Assembly (NCBI RefSeq): GCF_000143415.4
Contig: NW_003314312.1
Location: 253,261-317,260, forward strand
Source of the DNA: Selaginella moellendorffii
Lineage: Eukaryota > Plantae > Lycopodiophyta
Length of the DNA: 64,000 nucleotides
Reading direction: 5' to 3'
Positions 36,363 to 45,490 of this stretch are shown in pieces; within the stretch, counting starts at the first letter, position 1, and each line of letters begins with the position of its first letter. Made by a program: the position numbers and the translations under genes. The notes beneath the pieces are model-generated. The model was not told the origin of the DNA. It saw nothing but the letters and a program-made list of their open reading frames with translations, and did not search any database.

Positions 36363-37282
36363 TCACTGGAAGAGCAAGCTTAGTTTTTGCCTGTGCCGCA
36401 TGAACTGGCTAACTTTGCTATCCAGTTCCTTGGTCACTGGAGCCGGACACATTCCAGCTGCGTAGCCATTGAATCGCGCCGCGGCGCTCGATCGCACGAA
36501 GTCCTCTTCCGCGAGCTCGCCAAAGAGCTGCAAGAGAAGTGGTCGTCTTCGCAGCTCAAACTTCTGCAAGAACAAATGGAGCAAAGATCGTCCCTAGAGA
36601 TGATTCCAGCTTCAAGTACCTGGTGTTCTAGCTCCGCGGGATAGAACGTTTCGAGAGGCTCGATCTCTGTAGCAACCATCGTGTATGGTCGCTTTGCTTG
36701 CTCTCTTTCTTTGCTCACTGTTGCCAGAAAAGCCTCGTCCTCGTTCTGTGTAAAAATGATGGACCTGGCGAGTGAAAAAAGAATGAGATCGAAAGAATCA
36801 CGAAGGAAAAGGGCAAACTTCACAGATAACACACCTGTATTGCTCGCCCACATCAGGTCCTTGTCCAAAAACTTGCGTCGGATCGTGAGCCGCCCAGAAG
36901 GCGTCTAGCAGCTGCTCGTAGCGCACGCGAGCCGGATCATACTCGATCTGGACAAAGATTTCGATCAGCAGCAGCCTACATTGCCCCTAGGTCAATCGAT
37001 CCATCGGGAAGGAAAAAGCGCAAGGCATACCTCCACGGATTCCGCGTGATCGCCGATATTTCGATACTCGGGGCTCTGCTTGCTCCCGCCGCAATACCCT
37101 ACTCTCGTCCTCACCACTCCGGGGATGCATCCAAACGCCGCCTCGCCACTCCAGAAGCTCCCCACCGCGAACACTGCGATCTTGGGATCCATCGCCGGAG
37201 GATCGTCCACACGGATCGAGCTGCCGGGGCGCAGGGCCAGCGCCAGCGCCGAGAGAGCGATCAGCAGCAGCCATTGAGACAT
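36363..37282 (-). CDS. MSRA5: Peptide methionine sulfoxide reductase A5-type (signal peptide, Ser at the canonical catalytic Cys), 4 exons
   Basis: [17 protein letters not shown] signal; [71 protein letters not shown]. Reading frame intact. Confidence 0.9.
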
Positions 37283-37699
37283 CGCTGCGCTTTTAGAATT
37301 TGACCTTACAAGATCAAAGGTATGTCCACGTGGCGATAGAATATCCGACACGTCAGCTTCTCTCGAGTTTCAAGCTAAGCTTCCCGAAACACTCGCAAGC
37401 AGCAAGAAACACGGATCATCCACCTGAGAAACTATAGATTGCCGAGCTTAAAGACTATACGCGTGCCTGGTGGAATTCAATTGCTACAGCGGCGAGGAGC
37501 TCGTTAATGCCGCGATCCAGAGGCAACAGGTAGCTGGCCTTACCTTGATCGTGATGCTTTTCGTTCTCGGCAATGTACAAAATCTACTATGTCCACGAAT
37601 CCAGCGCCGCGCTGCTCATAGGCGTGCATTCTCAAAAAGTGGACTACAAGCGAAACCACTGGTTTATCATAGATGATTTGCTTTATTATCGATTTGAAG

Positions 37700-38100
37700 C
37701 TCTTAATTCCAGAAATCAAATGGATATAGAGTATTTTGGCATGCATTTCGAGAGATCTTTCCATTCCTCTTTATAACTCTCCCATTCCTAATCTTCTAGG
37801 CAACACTTGGCTGATGGAGTCTCGTGACAACAAACACACAACTTATAGAGAATAGGCGGTGGTAGGCGGAAGAGAAGATGGTGGTGATGGTAATGGGTCC
37901 TGGAAGTAGACTCCAATGCCTCTCACACCTGTACTAGTGGAGGCGTAGCCAAAAGCTCACAATCTTGCCCTCTTTTGAGCACTGTTGCTGTATACCCAAA
38001 CGGTCCACGTAAGTTGTGGTCTTGCGGTGGACACTATGCTTTGGGTAGATGTAGAATTGGCTGAGACCCCAAAGATTGGTCGCCGAGCTCCATCCAGCGG
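37700..38100 (-). pseudogene. Decayed jacalin/knottin lectin 3' half (right arm of inverted duplication)
   Basis: Reverse complement matches 31920-32340 (YGPFG, GIGVYFQDP, ETPSAKC) with deletions. Confidence 0.8.
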
Positions 38101-38310
38101 CATAGGCCACATTAGAGCACAGCCTGAAAGAGCTTCTTTGTCAGATGCGAATTACAGGACACCAGCAGCTCTTGCAGCGTCACCTTGATGTCGCATTGTG
38201 GGCATTGGCCAGATTCACATACATGTACAGGTTTTTGGCATCTTGGCATACAAATCATACTTCAGCTTACATTGTTCCGCAGAGGAACTATCTCGAACAC
38301 CTAGTTAGCC
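38100..38310 (-). pseudogene. PPR-associated fragment, inverted copy of 23870-24125
   Basis: Reverse-complement matches such as taactaggtgttcgag, cacaatgcgacatcaaggtgacgctgca and agaagctctttcaggctgtgctctaatgtggcct. Confidence 0.7.
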
Positions 38311-38779
38311 TTCCGAAAACGTTACAAACGCAGAAAGATGATGATCAAGTTATAAGATGTACAGTCTCGAAACTGCATCTGGAAAAAGATTTGCTTGGAC
38401 TGTCCAGGTACCCATTCTGGGCAGCCAGCCTCCTTGCAACACCTGGCTTCTCATGCACTCGGCCTTGAGGAATGGCTACGTCAAGAAAATGATGGAAAGA
38501 ATTGCGAATCTGGAAGCGGATGTGGGACTTGAGCGGCGGACTGACTGTGTGCATCAGTTCAGAAATCTCAATGCGATTGTGGACGATGAAATGTAAGTTC
38601 TATGAAGACGTTGTTTGTCCTCGATAGGATACATGACTGAGAAGGAAATGGCGCTGAATGCTTCTAAAACAAAAGGTTCGTGCTGTGCGCTGGCTAAGTA
38701 TTACTTTGATTCGGTTCTTCCTCTTTTTTTTCATTTTTTCATTTTTTTCTTTTTAATTGAAGAACAGGTGTTTGTTGAT

Positions 38780-39150
38780 TTTAACGCATGTCAGAATTGA
38801 CAACACATGATCTAGTGTGGAGCTTGAAATGGTTTTCGAGAGGATGCCATGGCACAGCGTCATCTCTTGGACAATGCTGATGCTCGGCTGTGTGGTGGAG
38901 AATGGGGAGGAAGAGCTGGCATTGGAACTCTTGGAGCTGGACAATCAAGTGTAATTCGTTGCTGCTATCAAGGCCTGTGCTGCTCAAGCCGAGAAAGAAG
39001 CTGGAGTTGACAGTTGCCAAGCTCTCTACCAGTATAAAGCTAAAAAGGTTTAAGGAGATAGGGCTGGAGCTCAAGGCCACTATGACACAGACATGTTTGT
39101 AGGAAAGGATCTTGTGGAACTATATGCGAAGTGTGGAAGCATGCTCTACT
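38780..39150 (+). pseudogene. PPR fragment
   Basis: VFERMPWHSVISWTML...NGEEELALEL, followed by DTDM and YAKCGS-like pieces with frameshifts. Confidence 0.6.
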
Positions 39151-40064
39151 TAGCTCAAAATTAAAACGAATTAAAGAAAAGTTTAAGAAGAAACCTGGAT
39201 ATTTTAGGTATATCCTACCTTCTATAAGTTTTCTGCTTTGATGCAATCTTTATAAACAAATATTGCAAATGGCAGAAATCCCAGCATTTTTTAAAACAAT
39301 AAAAACTAAGAAAAAATATAATTATTTTTAGATTAAAAGAGAAAAAAATAATAACAATCTTGAACATAAGTTGCACCTCACTCACTTCACCATGGAAATA
39401 GATATAATAATAAGCTTACAACAATTGAAACAGTTTCAAACAATCCAAACTATTTACCATAGTTTCACAAAACTAGGAATCGCGTTATTTCAATCAATAA
39501 GAAAAATTAAAACATTATTTTTCAATTTTAGACCATATTAAAATAATTTTAAGTTTTATTTATATAGATAGATAGAGGACATTTTTAAAATCACCACAGC
39601 ACCCGTTAAGCATGGAAATATGCTAATGTTTCCTACTCAATCCTTCTCTCAAGAACATAAAGAATTGCTAGAGCATCCAGATTAATGTTATTTCAATGAA
39701 TAAGCAAAATTTTTAGACCAAATAAAATAATTTCAAGTTTTATTTAAATAAAGGGGCGGGTTAATAATATGAATTAGTTCTAACAGTAAACTGGGCGTTT
39801 AGGGCACCATGCTATTCTGGGCATCTTAATTCTGCGTGGTTATTCTAATCCAAGGCGATAAACGCCGCCGTTTAGTCTTCCTTCCCAAGGGCAAGGGCAC
39901 GACGAAGACGACGAACAAGAGCGCGAGGATTGCAGCAACAGGTTTAGCTTAAACACTCGCGCTTTCCTCTCTCACTCTAGATTCTAGATTCTAGACCTAG
40001 GAAGACGAGCTTTAAAGGACAAATCCTCAAATCCTCCCCGCTTTGCTTTGTTTACCTCCAGGTG

Positions 40065-40820
40065 ATGGACTCGACGCTCAATCCTCCTCTCCACGACCAC
40101 GGCGAAGACGAGAGCAAGCATCGCGGCGGATCACCGGTGCTCTACAAGGAGTGCGTTAGAAACATCAACGCCGAGAATGGAGGAGAGGAAGTTCACGATG
40201 GATGTCAGAAGTTCACGGCCGCCGGAAAGGACGGAAGCCCGGAGGCGCTCAAGTGCGCGGCTTGCGGATGCCACCGGAACTTTCACCAGCAGGAGAGTGA
40301 GACCCCGACAGCGATCAAAGGTTCCGACTTGACGCAATTCGCCGACGATATCCTGGGGGTTGTCAAGAAGACGAAGCGCAAGAACACTCACCGGGCCATC
40401 AATCTGGCCACGCAAGTCCTCGAACACGTCTCCAAGCTGCTCAACATTCTCGCCCAAGTGATCGACGATCCCGACGACACTGGCAAGGTAGCAGCTAGTG
40501 GTCAGAACAGCAAAGCAAAGGCGAAGGAAGAAAAACGAACCTCTTGCGAAGAGGCGCTGGCTGTTGTTGTGGCGTCGTCCAAGGACAAAGCTCAGAGTCC
40601 GGATGATAGCACTCCAAAGGAGAAGCGAAAGAGGACCATCTTCAGCGCCGAGCAGCTCACCAAGCTCGAAGCTCTGGCCGAGAGTGTGCACTGGTCTCTG
40701 GGAAACATACCCAAGGATCAACAGGCGAGTGCTGCCATGGAGATCGGGATAACGGTCGAATCGCTTAAGTACTGGTTCCACAACAGGAAACAGAAGAAGA
40801 AGCCAACCCGGAAGTCGTGA
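40065..40820 (+). CDS. Divergent zinc-finger homeodomain (ZF-HD) protein
   Basis: YKECVRN...DGCQKF...LKCAACGCHRNFH and homeodomain KRKRTIFSAEQ...KYWFHNRKQ. Intronless CDS; probable 5'-UTR intron ending at 40061. Confidence 0.88.
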   Translation: MDSTLNPPLHDHGEDESKHRGGSPVLYKECVRNINAENGGEEVHDGCQKFTAAGKDGSPEALKCAACGCHRNFHQQESETPTAIKGSDLTQFADDILGVVKKTKRKNTHRAINLATQVLEHVSKLLNILAQVIDDPDDTGKVAASGQNSKAKAKEEKRTSCEEALAVVVASSKDKAQSPDDSTPKEKRKRTIFSAEQLTKLEALAESVHWSLGNIPKDQQASAAMEIGITVESLKYWFHNRKQKKKPTRKS

Positions 40821-40977
40821 GCTTCTCTCTCTGTGTATGTATCCTAGATAGAATTCAAAGTCGCTCGAATCGAAATTTGTCTTTTGCTCTCTTTTACGTC
40901 AATACCGCTCCTCCAAAAACTCTGGTGTCAATCAAGCTGGCAGTGATTCGGAAGAAACAATTAATAGAAGCTTACCT

Positions 40978-41944
40978 TCAAAAAATTTCATCATCGGGAA
41001 TTTGAGGCTTCAAAAACTTCATAGGATCCGCTTCCGCATCCTTGATGTCACGCCTTCTCTCGATCTTTTTCTCGGGCATAGCGGGCACAGGAATGATGTT
41101 CTCTTGGTCGATAACACCATCGATCAACCCGTATTCCATAGCTTCCACTGCCGACATGTAACGATCTCTGTCTATGTCCTTCTCGACTTGCTCAAATGGT
41201 TTCCCAGTTATCTCTGCGAGGATCCGGGTAAAGTTGTTCTTGTGGAACATGATCTCCTTGGCCTGGATCTCAACGTCAATAGCTTGTCCGCTAGCTCCAC
41301 CCATAGGCTGATGCACCATGATGCGTGTGTTGGGCATTGCAAAGCGTTTCCCCTTTGTTCCCCCGGCGAGAATGACCGAAGCAGTGGAAGCCGCTAGACC
41401 AAAGGCGATCGTCGACACTTCTGCTCGGCAAAGCTGGATCGCGTCATAAATTCCCATCGCAGCACTGCAACACCGATCAGTCAGGAACCAAAAGCAGGAA
41501 ATTTTGTTTTGAAGAAAACTAGAATTACCTCACAGATCCTCCAGGACAATTGATGAACATCCGGATCTCCTTCTTGGAATCCATCGCGTCCAGCAGGAGA
41601 AGCTGGCTGATGATCGCGTCCGCCACGAAATCATCCAGCTGATGCCCTAGAAAGACCGTTCGCTGCCTGAGCAACAATCCCATGACATCCGCCTCAGCAG
41701 ATTTCTGCCCGGGCGGCGCCGCCGTGCTGGCCACAGCTCCCGATGTGTCGCCATGGACGAAATCCAGTGGAGCCATCGAAATTCCCAATGCACTAGCGCT
41801 CGATCTAGCAGCAGCACGTACCGTGAGCGGCAGCCGAGATCTCCTGCTGATGCTCGTCGCGCGCAATGGCTGATCAAAGCTGTGGATTGGCGAGGAAGCG
41901 CATGCCGCCGCCGAGAGCGCCATGGACGCGGCTCTTGCCGCCAT
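40978..41944 (-). CDS. CLPP4: Chloroplast Clp protease proteolytic subunit, ClpP4-like (2 exons)
   Basis: Transit peptide; DVMGLLLRQRTVFLG...DDFVADAIISQLLLLDA, GLAASTAS (catalytic Ser), MVHQP, DRDRYM. Confidence 0.88.
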
Positions 41945-42054
41945 AGCCTAAAACCCTAGGCCTGTATTCTCTTCTTCCCCCTACATTCCGAGCCAGAATG
42001 GCGAGCGGATATTCCCATTTTGTTTCCGCGATCCTTATTAGGGTTCCAACGGCC

Positions 42055-43844
42055 ATGGAGGAGGAGGGCGCTCGAATGGAGGAGATGCTCCAAATGTTGC
42101 GCTACTACGAGAAGGCGCGATCGGAAGGAATAGCCGCCGAGAATCTGGAGTTAGAGGTGAGATTTCTTCCCGCGATCTGGTATAATCTTCGTTTCTTTCG
42201 TAGGCGCTGCTCTCCGCAATGCGCCAGCATGAATCCAGAGCTACTAGTGATGATATTTCCGGGACAAGGAAGCGAGAGGAGGATGTGGAGCGGCAAGAAA
42301 TTCTTCCCAAGCCTTTCTTCGTTGTGAAGACGCTCAACGGGAAGAAACAGAAGGTTTTCATCAACATTTGTGGATCTGACAAAGTAAGTTTTTTCTATCT
42401 TCTCTTGTGTAGAGAAAACAAAACTTTCTAAGCTAAATCTTCTCGGGGTTTCCTTGTTATTTCTTCACGAATTGGCAGACCAATCGTGCAGATTCCTGGG
42501 CCGGAGGATTGGGAGGAAGGAATTCCTCCATCCGTGGAAGAGGCATTAGCTTCCAATGACGAATCAGTTCACAACATTCGTCTGCCGTTAAGCTGTTCCG
42601 ACCCGCTCATATCTTCCGATCATTGTAAGTTCTCAGCTCTCGAGTTCTTGGCACTGAAGTCTTCTTTTTTTCTAGGTGGAAAACCGTGTCTTGTGCACGA
42701 TGTTGTCTACAACATGTCCGTTGTGGAAGTAGCAATGCGTGACAAAAGGCTGAAGATTTTCATGATCGATACAGCAATGTCATGGATCGGACAGAAGTAC
42801 AGCACTGAGCTGAGCTCTGGTTTGGCCTTTGAGTTTCCTGCCTATGCATAATTCCTAACGACTTTTACGAATTCTAGAGTTTAAGCTGCCAAACATGAAG
42901 TATAAAGGAGATTCAGTTCAAAAGCAGTACATTCGTGCCGGTCCCAAGGGTCCTTTGATCAGTGAAATACCAGGTAAAGTTTCTTCCGTGATTGAGCCTG
43001 TCTTTCGTATAACCTTTTCGCTCGCTACAGATGTTGAGGCCGAATTAGAACCGTCATTTCCTTTGCTGGCAAAAAAAGATCAGCTAAAAGCTGATACCTT
43101 GGGTTCCAAACAGCAAGGAAGCTTTCGACAAGATGATGCACCTTCCAGTAACGTGCAATCGGAGGTGAAAGCAGTGCATTTGGTGACACAGACGATTCAG
43201 AACGAGCGATCGACACTGCCTCGAGTTTTGGAGAACAACGGTGAAACAGATGATCCGGCTACTTTGGCAATGGTGAGCTTTGTCAGTGAAGAAGATATAG
43301 CAAGGACAGCCAGAAAAGTCGCGGAAGAAAACACTGGAGTTAACAGTAGCAGATTAATCACCTCGACGCCAAGTAAGCTGGACGAGCAGCAAACGAAGCC
43401 TGAAGTTTACGAAGAAAGGCCAGTTCCTTCAGCCGATTGTCTCGAAAAGCCTCAGGTTCCAGCCATACAGACCGAGTACCTTGGGCGTCCAGTGGAGTAT
43501 ATATTCCTTCACATCTCGTTTCCTCAAGAGGTAAATTTTGGTTTTTCCTTTGCTGCTAGAGTTTCTCATGAATTTTTGCGCAGGCAAACCTTGAGAACTT
43601 ACAAGTTTGCTCGAGCAACACGGAAGTGTATGTCGAGATACCAAACTACGAAGCAATGCGGGTAAAAATTCGTGATTTATATCCATTGCCTGACCAAAAG
43701 CTCGAAGTTTTTCTCCAGGTCCCTCTCATGTTTCCAGTATCGCCAGAAAACGCTGAAGCAGAGCTATCTCCAGACAATGCCGTGGTAACGCTAAAGCTAC
43801 CATATCTCGGCGTCAAGGGGCTATACTGTTGCGGTAATCGTTAG
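42055..43844 (+). CDS. PIH1-domain protein (R2TP/kintoun-like co-chaperone) with C-terminal CS-like region, multi-exon
   Basis: PKPFFVVKT...KVFINICGSDKIP, RLPLSCS, CLVHDVVYN, FKLPNMKYKG and terminal VVTLKLPY. The 3' end is uncertain. Confidence 0.72.
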
Positions 43845-43859
43845 AGATGGACGGCTGAG

Positions 43860-45437
43860 ATGTCTTCCACGGCTAAGGTACGGATGGCCACGATTTCTTC
43901 TCTTTCATGGTTCTGTTGCCGCCACTTTTTAGGGCTCTTCCATTCCGCTGGTAGCAGCGCTTGGACGCGACGGTAATTCGATGCTATGAGCACGGCAGAC
44001 GCAAGATTCTTGCGGAATTTGCAAAGATGCCTGTCCAAGCGGCTCACGATTTGGAGATTTCCAAGGCAGCGGCTGGGCTCTTGACAATGCAGCACCAGGA
44101 GAAGCAGCACAAGGATCCAGGTTCTTCGTCCCAGATCTCTCCTTCCGTTTCTCTATTCTCGCCATCGCCATACATCATCAACTGCAAGAGGCGCGCTTGC
44201 GGTGGCTGGGACACGATCGCTGGAGCTGCTTGGGAAGGGAAATCCAGGGAGGAAGTCTTCGCTGACGCCGTCCAAGATCAAGAAAGATTCGTCGTCAATC
44301 CGGACCAGCCAGGTACTTGTAGGATCAGCTCTCTCAACGATCAGCTGGTAGAGCTCAAAGACGCGCTGGAAAAATTTATTTCGGAGTGCTCGTCGAGCAG
44401 GCCTCAGATTTCTCGGGAGGAAGAAAGGGGCAGTCTCGATGGTGGAGGTGCCACTGCTGGGGTGGATTTTCAAGCTTTGCGGCGGAGAAACGTCCGGGGA
44501 AAAATTCTGGCAGAGATTCTTTCGTCCAGGAAGCTAACCAGCATGAAGCCAGAGATCGATGAGCTTTCTACTACCACTCCCAAGGCCGAGGATGACTGCC
44601 GGAGCTCTTCCGGATCGCCGTGTGACGAATTTTTCGATGCTCGCGATGCTTCTTCTTCAGAAGGTACGCTGCTAGAATTCTCCATTTTTTTTAGAGATTC
44701 TAAGCGACTATTTTTTCTTGTTGGTGGCGCTAGGCTACTCTTCAAACGAGGACGGATCGACACGAAGACACAGGAAACAAATCTCCAGCTCGCCGATCGA
44801 CCCTGAGCTCGTCCGCCAACTTCACATGGAAGTGAAACGGCGAATGCAAGCGGAAGAGGCATTGCATATCATGGAGCAGTGTCAGGAAAACATTGTCAGC
44901 ATACTCTTGTCGCCGGTTTGTCCGACACCTCCGAGATCCAGCTCTCCCCAGCCAGTGTCATCGGCAGCGACAATCAACAACGGGCTTGCGAGCTTGATTG
45001 AAGAGGACTGGCAGGACGAGAACTCCTTTCGAACAGTCATTGCGACAGTGATCTCGTCGGCTCTCCTTAGAGGCGTGATCCGGCCGGACGAAGCCGAGGC
45101 GCTGGAGAAGCTCCTGGAAACTAAAGACCGTGAGAGTTTTCGACTGCGGAGGAAGCTAAAGTTTTTCGAGCACGTCAACAACGAGTTGTCTCGCAAGAAC
45201 CAGGAAGCCACAGGTAAGTTTTCCGTTTAAGACTCTCTGAAGTGTTTTCAAAGGCCTACCTCAGAACGCGCGCGGAGAATCAGACGGAGCAGACAAAAGT
45301 GGCTAAGCGTCTCGGCGAAATGCCTTGCGGTTGGAGTTGCCATTGGAGTGTCCGGGACTTTGCTCTACTGGTACTTCCCTTGGGACAGGCTCAAGTCTGC
45401 AAAGAAAGAAGTCGAAGCTCCTCCGGCACAGACATGA
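43860..45437 (+). CDS. Second coiled-coil/FFAT/tail-anchored protein, paralogue of 15466-16571
   Basis: DEFFDARD, MEVKRRMQAEEAL, KDRESFRLRRKLKFFEHVNNELSRKNQEATE, TM tail CLAVGVAIGVSGTLLYWYF. Start inferred at 43860; stop at 45435-45437. Confidence 0.75.
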
Positions 45438-45490
45438 CTACTAGGTTTGGGTAAGTTACATAGAACGCCAATGGGTTGAGGCTGGCGGGC

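Noticed and set aside
37140-37175. GSFW instead of catalytic GCFW in MsrA
   Set aside because: Characteristic of the plant MSRA5 subgroup; not evidence of pseudogenisation or novelty.
38330-38740. Coding-like fragment between the PPR relics
   Set aside because: Short broken frames with no family I can recognise.
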